A stretch of 64,000 nt of DNA from Lingula anatina (Eukaryota > Animalia > Brachiopoda): NCBI GenBank assembly GCA_051362555.1, contig CM120644.1, positions 2,364,954-2,428,953 on the forward strand. Reading direction: 5' to 3'. This document shows positions 26,400-39,159 of this stretch, piece by piece; position 1 is the first letter of the stretch; each line of letters starts with the position of its first letter. Below the pieces are notes generated by a model that did not search any database, had not been told where the DNA came from, and was given only the letters and a program-made list of their open reading frames with translations. Both the position numbers and the translations under genes were made by a program.

Positions 26400-28692
26400 C
26401 GACTCAACAGTGTGTTTTCATCCATGTTTACCTAAAATTCATTTTTGTTGGTGGCCATCTTGGATTTTTTTGATGATTGGAGCTTAGATAATTACTTTTT
26501 GGAAAAATTAGATTCTAAACAGTAAAAGGACACTGCAGTTTATCAAAATATAGTCTTTAATCATTTTCCCATCATTCAATTTGATGCTTTTCAACATGCA
26601 AATCAAAATGTCGTTTGTTTTGAATCCAGAAATTGACGGCCATTTTGGACTTTTCAACCCTAAACTACAAGCCTAAAAGCATCGAATTATTCAGTTATAT
26701 ATTCCATTCCATACTTCAACAATAAAGCTCAGAAATAGCCTTTTAAGTAAGGCTCACAACATGTGGTATTGTCCATACGGGTAGCGTGCAGTTCATTTTT
26801 ATCAATGGCAAACTTGGAATCATGATAAATGAAGAAAAATTAACCACTTTTTGACAGATTAAAGTGTCCAAGAAACAAAATGAGATTGCAATACAGGTAA
26901 ATTTATCTAAAAATAAATATTTTTAATTTGCTAATTATTCAATTTAATGTTTTTTAACATGCAAATCAAAATAATGTACTTTTTGAATTCAGAAATTGGC
27001 GGCCATTTTGGATTTTTATACCCTGAACAAAATCTCAAAACAATTTAAATTATTCAGTCATACATTTCATACCATGACCCGTGCAATAAATCCTCCATTA
27101 AGTAGTCTGAGATGTTTTATACTGAGAAACTCTTGTTGACATATCAAAACAAAAAGCCCATTTTATGTGGTGGCCATCTTGGATTAGAGCCATCTGTGTT
27201 CAAATGTACAATTTTGTGATAAAGTAACTGGTAAAAATTAAAAATATAGACTTCAACTTATTCAAATACATCAAAACATGTAAAATATTCCTAATTTTTG
27301 GTTAATAAAAAAAAAAAAATCAAATTTAGGTATTTGTATTTTTTCACAAAAAGTAAGGAAAATGGCCGCCATCTTGGATTCAGTCGCCATCTTGAAAAAT
27401 GTAAAGTGCCTGAAAAATCAAAGAAGGCCAAAGTACTTGTGATCAGTGCAAATTTTGATAATATTAAGTTGTTAAGTAACTTTTAAATCAATTTTTGTAT
27501 TTACAGTTGACACATGAATTTACTGGCGGCCATCTTGGATTTGGTCTGTTTCCGGTACAAACGGACACTTTTTCAAGCCGGAAACAAGCAGAAATGAAAA
27601 ATTCAGGTTCTAAACTACAAGAATCAATCATAAAACCTTTGCCTGACGGGGGGTGCAGCCAAATCCTTAAATAAGGCCTTTTTTCATGGACTAAGACAAT
27701 TTGCGGTTAAGTGCAGATTTTTAATTTACTTAATTTTCATGAAAATATTTACCTGCAAACTAAAAAAAGTGCCAATGTATCCTCCATTTTACATACTACA
27801 AGATCACAGTCATATACTCAAATAAAATAAGATTTATGAAGTTTTGTGGAGGGGGAGTCAAATTTTCATGGGGGGAGTCAGAATTTCATTATGAAAATCT
27901 GACTGGGGGAGTCAGATTTTCATGGGAGTCAGATTTTCATGTTACACCGGCAATCAAAATCGAATGCAGGCATACCGGTACCTGTACATGTGTCCGAGCA
28001 AATTACCTTTTGCAATAAATCCGGTATAGTTTAGAATTAGTGATTGATTTTGACAATAAATTATTGCTCGACATTATCATAAAGTCTGCGTCGTCAATTA
28101 TTTTTCTCTTCTCTGCTTTAAAGTCTTTTAAATGGTACTTGGGCGGGGATGGTCACTGATCTCTCAACAGATCAAAATTGAATTGAGTCAATACCTTACC
28201 CGGCATAGCGCCATGCATGTCGTACAGCCCTTTCATAAAAAAGCTATCTGCTCGTTGGGACTATCAGCAAGAAAAGTTTTTTCAAGTCATATTGCCGATA
28301 TTGCTCTACCTATAATCATACATTTTTTATGCCCCCCCCCCTCCTCCTTTGGCCTTGCTTATCAAGACTGTACATGTATTTATACAGTATAGGGGGCAAC
28401 TCCACAGTGGACATTTGAAATGACAAAGACTACTCACAACTTAAATCGACCATTTTTGAACCGTACTCATCGTGCTCTATAGCTTTACAGGTGAAGTCAA
28501 ACGTAAACTCATTGTAAAACAAAATGAAAAAAAAAGCATCTGAAATCATCTAACTAAAATGTTTGGCTATTACGTAAGATTGTCACCTAAATGGCTGACT
28601 TTTGGGTGCCTAAGGGCCAGTGAAAGGGAGTACCCCCCCCCCCCCCCCCCGGACGAGTTACCTGTAAGAACCCAGTAAAGTGGTACGGTAAA

Positions 28693-28901
28693 CAGTGGCT
28701 GATTTAGGGGGTGTCAGGGGGGTCCTGACCCCCCTACGATTTCTGAAAAAAATCAGACCAATGATCCATCTTGAAATTAGAAATTTGACTAGCTGAATCA
28801 TAGTTCTAAACCGTACCAACTGGCACCGTTCGCCCTCTAAAGTGCCAATTTTTTCCGTCCCTGGACACCCCCCTCTTCAAAAAATCCTGCATCCACCATT
28901 G
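28693..28901. mobile_element. Short GC-rich hAT-like MITE (paralog ~54093-54337; related fragments ~50215-50325)
   Basis: Imperfect TIRs CAGTGGCTGATTTAGG / CCTGCATCCACCATTG with subterminal G and C runs. Confidence 0.5.
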
Positions 28902-30221
28902 TGATATAATAAATTCTTATGCGAGACCAATTAATTGATATTTTGTAGAGGCTTAGAGGCTAAGACTGGCTCTCATATTGAGGCACGACGTTTTATTCGT
29001 GTGCTTCGTCATGCACACATACACGCACAAACAAGCACGCATCTTTTTCACCATCTTGACTGAGAAGTAAAAAATTTAGTCCAGTTGGTCGTGGCGTCAT
29101 TCCCGTTTCTCCCCACTAGGTCTCTGTGAAGCGATAAGGGCATTAGTTGACCTCTACAAGGGACGATTTTATACACAGACAATGTCTTAATTTTTTGATT
29201 ACTTTTTAAAGTCCACTTTATTTACACTTTTTTTTCAGTGTGATGTCTCTATACCTAATCAACAACCAGAACATTTTTCGCTCGCCAAGTAAAGAGAGGG
29301 CGACTAAGAAACCAATGTTGATAGGGTAATTTTAAAGTTTGGCATTTGATGGATTTAATAATAATAAGATAGGAAGAGAGATTAATTCAGGAAACAGGAC
29401 AAGCGCATTTTTAGTACCAAATCACTGTGCCACTGTATGAAACCAAAGCAGTAAGGGCATTATAATAGATTACTTCAAACTTTTTGCCTTTCTTTTTTTC
29501 CCATGGAACAGCGTTGATACTCCTGAATTCAATTCCCATCACCAATAAATCAGTGAATTTATTAATAATTAATTAAATGATTTACCGATTATAGGGTTCG
29601 GTGAGGATTTTAAAATAAGGGTTCCAAATTCTTTTTATTGGGGAGACTGTCTAGGCTGTATTTGCTTTAAAAAATGAAGATTCTGGACATATCTGTGCCC
29701 AAACTCGAAACAGGAAGTCTAAAAGGGCAGCTGGACGGTGACCTGGCTTGCGGGTGACCAACTCTCAAGCGCCATGTTAAAGGCACCGAAACTACTCTTA
29801 GTTTCACGTAAGTTGTAAACGTCTGATGATTCTAATTAGTTTGATATGTGAGTTACACGTATAAGGGAAGTTTTAAAAACTTTTGTCTGCTCCCATCATA
29901 CCACGATGCCTTTTTCATTTCACTGTTTATTTAATAAATTTTACTTATTTGTTCGTCAGGCTCAAGATTTTTCAGAAAAAGACCCCCCTCTTTTGAAATT
30001 TCTGGCAACGGGCCTTATTTTGTTAACTGTGGAGACAAAGGACAAGAATGCAAGAATTCAAGCAATTTAAGACATTTAATGAAGCAAGGGTGACATATCA
30101 CAGCGGATCAAAAAAAAAAAAACATTCTCGCATCATTCATGCCTTCGAGTAGCATTCAGGCAACAATTATGATAAAGATCTGCTAACAATCATGAGGTAG
30201 TTGTGCGGCAATTAATCTACA

Positions 30222-30595
30222 GTCAAAGTATCGCCACTTGTCCAGTGCAGTCATTGCATTAACGGCATTTTCATAATCAGCAAATTTTCTTCTTCTTTGT
30301 ATAAAATCTGTCATTTCCGTAGACTGAAAATTTTTAAAATATCTATTGCAATGGCTAAGGATTTCTTTGCCTTTGTGAAAATAGTCATGATAAAAGTTGA
30401 GAAAAATTAAAGTCAAAGTATCACCACTTGTACATTGCAGTCATTGCATTAAAGGCATCTTCATAATTTTCTTCTTCTTTAAATAAAATCTGTCATTTCC
30501 GTAGACTGAAAATTCTTAAAATATCTTTTGCTATGGCTAAGTATTTATTTGCCTTTGTGAAAATAGTCATGATAAAAGTTGAGAAAAATCAAATA
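30222..30595. repeat. Tandem duplication, 2 x ~190 bp (paralog ~55664-56035)
   Basis: gtcaaagtatc.ccacttgt…gataaaagttgagaaaaat occurs twice in tandem. Confidence 0.85.
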
Positions 30596-32654
30596 CTACA
30601 CACTCTATACCATGTGGCAAGCTATCAAACGTTCAATAACTTTAGCAAGATCCCTTTAACCATCCATCTATCTGTATCATAATGCACTGTTTTAGAGAAT
30701 TTAAAACTGAAGGCTTACAACACATATATCACAACAGCTAAACATAAAAGAGTTGCGCGAAGCAAACTCGTTCTTCAAATCGTCAAATCATTTCAAGGCA
30801 TTTGCGCTTTTTTGAAAGATGTTAAAACTTAAGCATTGAGTTTTTGTGTACCGTTATATTAATTTCAAGTCTATGAGAACCAAAGGCAAATAACTACGAA
30901 AAATCTTGCCAAGAAAGTCCAAATAAAAGCGGTCGATTTTGCACTTTGTTTGATTTAAATGAGGGTCCCACTGGGTATTTTTGTAACCCTTGAAAGCAAC
31001 TTTTTATTTCCCCAGATGCATGAAACGTTCATATTATTTAGAGCGGCATCTGAATGCTGATTTTTATTTCTCGTTCGTCGTTAAACGAAGTCATTACATT
31101 CAGCGATACGTGGTTTTCAACTTGCCGGGCTTGCATTTTCAATGAGATATGAACAAAGTCTTATTTACTGTGATTTGTGATTTGCTGGTTTTATTTCCCG
31201 TGGTCTGAACGCCCCCCCCCCCTCTCCCATGGGACCCTCTCAGAAAGTCCGAAAGCAAAATTAATGTTCGAAAATGAGAACAATTTGAGTCTCAGTTGGC
31301 TGTGGTATTGCATCTCCATGTAAACATGCCAGCTGTATTACATCCGATGCTATAGCGCAAGTATTTCGCATGCCTTATAATTCAGATTACATGAGAAAGG
31401 CAATGAAAGGCCCGGTGAACTGGATATCCAGTTGGTATCTGCCGAGAGTGGGCACGAGGTTGGTGATGTCGTAATGCAGACAGGTCGGGCCACACTGGCG
31501 ATAGATGGCGTCCATGCCGGTGTCTTCGTTGGTGACTTTCAGAACTGGGCACATTTCTGCGCTGCCAGTTGGAACGAACAAATACACACGTCTTAGGCGT
31601 CTGGTGCTTGGCTGCGGTCCGAGACGAACGACGTCAAATGTATACCTTAATTGATCAATTATAATAAATAATTATGCACATTCGATAAATTTCAGAACTC
31701 TTAGAACTGGCATAATTAACACTTTGCAAAAAAAAAAAAAAAAAAAAAAGTGAAAATATATCATGAGTAAACTAGTAGACTTTCGGGCAGAAACAAAATA
31801 GTGTAATCACATGTACAATTGCGTGGGCTCGGTTGTTAAGTACTCATGATTTTCATTCAGTATTTACTATTTACTTCAATGAAAAGAAAGAAAAAGGGGG
31901 AACAGAGGGTAAAGCCACTGTACACTTACTTTTCGCATTACTGTAAATTACTGAGAGGGGGAGAGATGGGGGCAAAGAAAATACGTACACACACACACAC
32001 ACAGAGAGAGAGAGATAGAGAGAGATGAGGAAAAAATACGGAAAGAGGTAGAGAGAGAGGGGGAAAGAGAGATGGGACCACAGAAAATACGTACAGACAG
32101 GTAGAGGAAGCGAAAGAAAATATGAGAGAGAGAGTACCTTCGTTGGACTCAGTGGCACAGATCAGTGTGGACCGAAAGAGCCACTGCAGCTCAGAATTCC
32201 AGCATGTCAGGAGGCCTGGGGCATTCAGACATGAGGACCGAGTGTTCACTCGTCTTGAACCTAGGGTCAAGAAAAGTATAAACGTTAATTGCAAAAAAAT
32301 CATTGAGGCCATTTTCCCATCAAAACACCACTGGTCTGCGTGGATCGACCAAACTCTGCGGGGGCTCTCGCTGACTGCAATCAGTTTAACTGAATGACAA
32401 GCCTCCCATGGCGTAAAGTAGAATACAGAAAAGGTGCCAATTATACGAGTATGTTGGAAACAAGATGAGGCGTGTCACTCGCTTCAGCTGATTGCACTTA
32501 ACGAAAACCACTTTTTTTCCACTCTCTCCTTTGCTACAATATAAATGCGTGTTAATGGAGTTTCAACTTTTTTTCCATTAGTGTTAGTTGCATGCAGCTA
32601 CAGGATGTACTGCCACTGTCTGCAATAGAATATTCCAATGAAAACTATTAAAAC

Positions 32655-33290
32655 TAAGACCTCATTCAGGATTGGGGACTAACTTGTCCACAGAGCAGAT
32701 ATGGCGTCCCACTACAAAGCTTGCCGTCTAATCTGCTAATAGACACTAAATAGATATCCCGTTGGGAAGTTTTCAAGTGGTGTCATATTTGACCATCGGA
32801 CAAGTTAGTACCCTGTTCTAAATGGTCCCATTCAGAATGGATCATCTGGAACTAACTAATTCGCCGACGAAATATGGCTGACCACACTTCAAAAAAGATT
32901 CTCGATGGTCTCCCCGCCTCGACACGCGCCGTCGCTGCAGGGGCCTAGCAATTAAACCTCGGAGCCGCAATTTAATCCGTTTAATGGCGCGTGTGGAGGC
33001 GGGGAGACCATCATCTCTTTTGAAGTGTGGTCTGCTATATGTAATCGGCGGATCAGTTAGTACTCGAATCATTCATTCTGAATGGGGCCAAAGGGACCTA
33101 AGAGTGCATTCAGAACAGTGGACTAACAGATATGTGATCAAATATGGCGACCCACTAAAAAGCTTGCCCCTTAGTTTAGGATAAGACAATGAATAGATTC
33201 ATTCGGGAATTACGCAACAAACATTTAAGTGGGTATGCCATGTTTGATCCGCGGATCTGTTAGTCCCCTGTTCTGAATGAGTTCTAAGGA
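32655..33290. mobile_element. Cluster of three abutting hairpin cassettes (~32657-32826, 32824-33088, 33100-33285)
   Basis: Each has inverted arms of the form CATTCAGAA…ACTAAC / GTTAGT…TTCTGAATG; the central one is a near-perfect 265-bp palindrome. Confidence 0.75.
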
Positions 33291-36200
33291 ATTGTAAGTC
33301 ACCAAGTCTATGACCTTCTGTGGAAACCCCTTACAGTCTGTCCGCAGATCTTGCATATCAATGCGTAAGCGGTGATCATTACAAAAACACCTACGCGCTT
33401 GCACAAAATAGTCCGCGACGTGTGTTTCGCGCCATGTTTTCAAAAATCCGTAGTTGTTATATAAAGCCATGAAGCTCTGTGAATAACTCATTATTCCGCT
33501 TGAAACTTTCAAAAAATAAAATTTAGAACTTGATGTAAACGCAAAATGTAAAATAAACATTTCAATTTCGAAGAAAGCCTTGTATCAGTTTTTCTCAAGC
33601 AGATCGTGTAATTTTGTACCCTAAAATGAAATGATTTTAGAAAATCTATGGATTTTTCATAAATTTCAGTTTTTATCTGCTTTGTATAAATGTCTTGTTT
33701 CTACATGTATGATTTTATCATTTTATTATATTTATTTTTAACAGATTCCCGAATTTCATATCAGCTGACAATAAGGGAAGAGGTGTTCTGGTCAAGACCA
33801 GGAAAAATTATTTTCTGTACGATTTTGTTTGATGGTGCTGTCGATGCAGGTGAACAAGAGATGGTGTAGAGTCTTGGATATTGTTTACCCTAGAAAACTT
33901 TCTCATAGCAGACAAGTTCTGGAACATTATTTTCTTCAAGTATTATACAGGATGGGCTTTGACCCAAAAGACTTCCATTGAGAGTGGCCTGCCTTTAAAG
34001 AGCACATAGGTGGCATGTTTATAGTGAATAAAAGTAAAGATATGTGTACTGATTTGTTTTAAGGCTAGGAGACCAGACAAAGATTAGAATACATACAATA
34101 ATGCTAATTGAAATTGCCTTGTTCAGCCTGTCCACTTCTCAGGTGGAGAGAGGATACAGTGCTCTCAAAAGAATCGAATCTGACTGGAGGTCAAGTTTGG
34201 GGAATATTATGCTTAAATTAACAAAATTTTGACAGCAGTTTTATAGGGGCCAAGTTTTGATGATCATTTAGTCAAGGAATCTATCAACCACTGAGTGGCA
34301 GGGTGGCACTCTGGGAAAACAGCCCAATTTTGAACTTGAAAATTGATTTTGTTTTCTGATTGTCATATCCAAATAAATGACCTGGCCATTGAAGATTCTA
34401 AGAAAATAAAAAAAATTGAAACATACTCGTATACTGAAGTTTTTTTTTTCATCTTTAATGCACTTTGATATGTATTTAATTACAAATTATATTCAAGAAT
34501 TTTCAGTTGGGGATGATTTTAATTGTATGTCAGTATTGGCTAAAGTAATATTCATAACTTGCTGGGGCAGGTGCTTCTCCTGCCCTCAGAATAGACATAT
34601 CAAGTTGGCCAACGAGTTTATTGGAGCCTTGTTAACTGCTTTAATTTAAAAGGCAAAAAGTTTAAAAAAAAAAAAAACTTTCAAAAAGTTCAGTGCATAT
34701 TCATGAGGCTGAATGAACATTTCCCAGGGACAGTGCTTTAAGGACATGAGTTTTAAATGTTTACTTAGTTTTGTTTATCACACAGATTTCAAAATTTTGC
34801 ACTTTTAAAAAGAGAAATGTAAATTTTAAATAGATTAGGGATATTTTTTCAAATTACAATTGTAAGAGTATTATTTTAAATAGTTTAATATGTAAGACTT
34901 AAAGAGACAAAAATAGTACTAGTACATAGAAATAAATCTTGAGCAGTAAAATAAGAGAACAAGGCAGAAGTGCAGATCTCAAGATATAATGAATAAACCG
35001 GTGTTGAATAATTTTTTAAATCAAAACCCTTTCAGGCTTTTAAAAGTACAACCTGGCCATAGGCCAGTACTTCATTGTAAATATTTATCAAATTAAAAAA
35101 AATCTTGCTTTATTTATAACTAGATCTAGCAATATCTTTCTATATTGGTCAAAATTCACACTGGATTTCTTGTGGAGTGGATCATAACTATACATTTTTT
35201 GATGTTTTAAGAATGAAGCATATAACTCTTGGAATATTTCTGATGTTAGATGCACAGCACTTGTTCGTATTATAATTTTATTGTAACTTGTTTGCTCTGT
35301 TTGCTTCAGAATATTTAAGAAAACTTGCATGTAGTCTTGCCAAGTCGGGTCATTGCTTCAGGTTGGTCACGTGACGCTGTAAATTATGATGAAAATGGGG
35401 TTCCATTTTTGTCGTCGTTTTAGAGATGCAATAATTTCCCCACACGAAATGGGTAAAAATGTAGGAGACATACCTTATGATATCATTTGAAAGTTTATGA
35501 TCTTATCTTTCTGCAGGATGTAATTGTTTGAAAACATTTTGAGTTTCCTGCGATACATAATCACAGTAACCTACTGCACTTGAAAAAATCGATTTTGCCG
35601 ACTTTTACACCGACTTCACGGGAAACTACAATTAAGAGAATTAATTGTATTTATGTAGCAAATGGTTTGTTTTAGTGGTGCTATTAACTTTTTGGTAATA
35701 CATCAACGTTTTGTTTGGGTCTTGTGTCTGCACATTTTGACCTTAAGTAGTTGACCAAGACAAGGTGTTAACAGATGTCCAGGGTTAAGGAATGTCTTAG
35801 CTGCTGTGTATCAAGGCACACACAAGTATATTCTATGAAAGATGTTTTGGAGATTATTCCATCGAGCTGCATTCAGTGAGAAGTCATTCAGCTTTGTAGC
35901 TGCGGATATATTTACCCGCAGTTTTAGCAGCTACACTGTATTATTACTTACGTTTCTTTATTGTTATTTGTACACCCTCCACCCTCCCCTACCACCTGCC
36001 TTCATCCTTGTGGTGTTTTTAACACTTAAACTTATTTACTTTCAAGCGGCACCTGTGTGACATAATTAAGGGGGGCACCTATTTGGACAGTGCCACTTGG
36101 CCTCTGGTAGGCCTGCTAATCAGAGGCATATGAGTTCAATTATTCAGGAGACAGTTAATGCTCTCCCTCACTTTTCTCGTAAAATTCACAACATTAAGAA

Positions 36201-36619
36201 GTGCATTATTCAGGAGTAAAAATTTTAAGGTGATGTTTGGTAAACTTATTCAAACCCCCCCCTCCCCCCATATTTTTTTTTTCTCTTTCCATGACTAATG
36301 AAGCAGATTTGAGCATTGTCTCAATGTAACATGGTTGTATTTATGCTTGTTAGCTATAACTCATTTGGCACATTAATTAGTCATTTCAGATTATCTGGTT
36401 ATCATTTGTTTATTGATATATATCATACATGTGAGATTATTACTTTAAAACTATAGTTAGGTAAATGTACTATGCAGGGCATATGAGGCAGTACGTAGGC
36501 CAAGAGAGACAACTCTATGATTGGGCTGTCAGAGCAATGAGGAAACCTACGTCCCCGTCCTAAAAAGGTAGGGGTTGCGTAGCTCGCTCTCAGCCTAGGC
36601 CGGCTTTAGAATGTGCCTT

Positions 36620-37072
36620 TTGCCTTTTCTTTTCATTTGCGCCAACCATTTGCGCCAACTTTTTGCTCCTATAGCTGTTGTGATTTCTCATATTTTTCAT
36701 AAGCCTTTTATTTTCATTTGCGCCAACTTTTTGCTCCTATAGCTGTTGTAATTTCTCATATTTTTCATAATTAATCCTGGTTACATTTCATTAACATACT
36801 TTATTATTTTTATATTTAGCACTTATATAGTTTGGGGGAAGTTTATTATCTCCCCAGTTTTGTAACTTTGTATCTTATTAGTTTTCGGCCTTTTATTTTC
36901 ATTTGCGCCAACTTTTTGCTCCTATAGCTGTTGTGATTTCTCATATTTTTCATAATTAATCCTGGTTACATTTCATTAACATACTTTATTATTTTTATAT
37001 TTAGCACTTATATAGTTTGGGGGAAGTTTATTATCTCCCCAGTTTTGAAACTTTGTATCTTATTAGTTTTCG
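36620..37072. repeat. Nested tandem duplications (~67-bp and ~183-bp units)
   Basis: ttcatttgcgccaactttttgctcctatagctgttg occurs three times; 36705-36887 is nearly identical to 36888-37071. Confidence 0.85.
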
Positions 37073-37811
37073 TCATTAATAAATGACAATTTCAGTCATA
37101 TGGACTTATCCTACTTAATTTGGAGCAAAAACAGAGCTTCGTTGTGCTTGTGAACATTTGGCTACATAAATATGAACACTTTGCCAACGAGATGGGACCC
37201 AAACGCAACATGTGTTTCATATCAACACAAAGCACACTTGTTAATCTTTTAGAATATATATAAAACGCTGGTGATTTCAACATTGTAGCAATTTTGTTTA
37301 AATTGAAACACCCTAGTGTCACACGCTTTAAAAATGCGAGTGCTTGGCGTCGAGTTCACCTCGCGCTAAAAAAATGGACAAAGCTGAATTTTCAATATAT
37401 ATATATACTGCCAGAGACCCACTTTAACCAGCTTTCATGATTTAGTTTTTAAAACTTTGTACAAATTAAACTTCTTATAGAAATCTTTGAATAGAAAATT
37501 TCGGACACCTGAAACGGGGCACCATTTGCAATCACCCGCGTGGATAAATCTTCCATTTTACCGTTCTGAATCTATTTTTTATGACAACTAACCTTAAAAT
37601 TCCGAATCCTTAGATATTCCCGCTTTCTTTTATATATCAATCGTTTAATCACATCAACTGCTGACAAAAACAGGGCCTACACATGAAAATACGAAGAGCT
37701 CAAAAGTCGTCCATTTTCACTCGATTTTGCTGAAAGTAGTGCGAAAATGGCCGTCGCTTCAGACAGTGTGCACGAGCAGCTCGGAATCTGCGGACAGACT
37801 GTTATGAAGAG

Positions 37812-38030
37812 AAACACACACACATACACAGACACACCGTCACACACACACACACACACACGGACACACACACAAACGGCCACAAAGACACTCACACACA
37901 TATAGCCTACATACACACACGGACACACACTCACACACACACACAAACACACACACATACTCACGGACACACACACTCACACAAACACACACAGCCACAC
38001 ACACAACCACACACACACACACTCACGGAC

Positions 38031-38065
<35 letters not shown>

Positions 38066-38240
38066 CATATACATACACACACGGACACACACACACACAC
38101 ATATACATACACACACGGACACACACACACACACACACTCACGGACACACACACACTCACGGACACACACACACACACACATATACATACACACACGGAC
38201 ACACACACACACACACACACACATACATACACACACGGAC

Positions 38241-38280
<40 letters not shown>

Positions 38281-38355
38281 GGACACACACACACAGTCAC
38301 GGACACACACACACACAGCCACAAACACAACCACACACCACACATGGACACAACA
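37812..38355. repeat. Compound (CA)n / CACGGA minisatellite; only ~180 bp in the paralog at 61149-61330
   Basis: Direct observation; source of the spurious CV-repeat ORFs. Confidence 0.95.
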
Positions 38356-38568
38356 CTCGAGCCAGTGGAACTGCACAGTTCTCTAAGGGGCATTTATTCG
38401 TTGGACTTCCCTTCAAAACTTGATCGTGATAATGGTTGAACCTTGGGTTGTTCTTCCATTTCGCCTTTTGTGGTTTTTGGAGGCAAAACAAAAGTAAAGA
38501 AATCTAAAACTTATTGCAATTCACTTGCATGGATTTAAAGTTGTGTGTTTGCTTATACTGACTTTTAA

Positions 38569-39157
38569 GCCTCGGTCACAACCGGCCGTTTGGGCTCTTG
38601 CGTCCTGTTTGCTTCCAAATTTTGCGCAGAATCTCACGTCCCACTCGAGTCCTTCTTACGAAATTTCGAGTTCGCAGAAAGTCCCCCCTTAAGTACGCAC
38701 GGAGGATATCGGACATGTCCAAAAAACTGTCAATTATCTGCCAGGCCGCAAGTGTAACTTGCTCCATTAACACGGAGTTTGCAAGGAGGTTCGTAAGTGA
38801 GAGCAAGCGGTCCAAGAGGCACGTCACAAGCAGTGAAGGAGCAAGTGCCATTTGCGTGTTGAATAAGGTGCAAGCGTCACAACTTAAAAAAAAAAAAAAA
38901 AACGAACACACGGAGTGCTCAAGGCACACGTTCGTGTTTTGCCAATGAACGTCGAGTATGCAACTTGCACTACAACTTTCAGAAAATTTGAATTTTGCTA
39001 AAATCAGCTTCCAATATGCCTACAAAGGGCAAGGGAAAATAGCTTAGAGAGCTGAAAAGAAGGGAGGAGGAAGTTGGAAGGGGAGAACAAATGGCAAAAC
39101 TGACGTGCGCCGCCACTACGTCATCACAAGCGTCTCACGCATGTATGTGACCGTGGC
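38569..39157. mobile_element. PIF/Harbinger-like MITE (paralog ~61541-62123)
   Basis: TTAA|GCCTCGGTCACA … TGTGACCGTGGC|TTAA terminal inverted repeats at a TWA/TTAA site. Confidence 0.7.
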
Positions 39158-39159
39158 TT

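Larger units (their letters stand above)
22149..27693. mobile_element. Academ-type DNA transposon with ~950-bp TIRs, nested in the Ginger1 element
   Basis: AGA|TAGTCCATGA … TCATGGACTA|AGA (3-bp TSD, TAG termini); 22149-~23095 is a highly similar reverse complement of ~26765-27693. Removing the element restores a Ginger internal repeat unit. Interior is decayed, with no intact transposase ORF. Confidence 0.8.
20800..27946. mobile_element. Non-autonomous Ginger1-type DNA transposon (~1.6 kb excluding the nested insertion)
   Basis: CCGG|TGTACCATGAAAATCTGACTCCC … GGGAGTCAGATTTTCATGTTACA|CCGG; ~240-bp TIRs (20800-21035 vs 27715-27946) and internal ~180-bp repeats in inverted arrangement. TGT termini with a CCGG target are the Ginger1 signature. 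Confidence 0.8.

Noticed and set aside
25886-26487. 179-aa and 87-aa ORFs
   Set aside because: Held open by the (AT)n tract inside a decayed transposon; no recognisable domain.
36490-36556. Type III hammerhead-like layout (ACGTAGG…CTATGA…GAAACCTACGT)
   Set aside because: CUGANGA core is incomplete, the cleavage triplet lacks U, and stem I is too short.
37677-38491. Cys/Val-rich ORFs (also 61067-61464)
   Set aside because: Translations of (TG)n minisatellite; length differs about threefold between paralogs.
38576-38948. Overlapping 116-138-aa ORFs (also 61498-61914)
   Set aside because: They lie inside a Harbinger-like MITE, have no transposase motifs, and their extent differs between paralogs.
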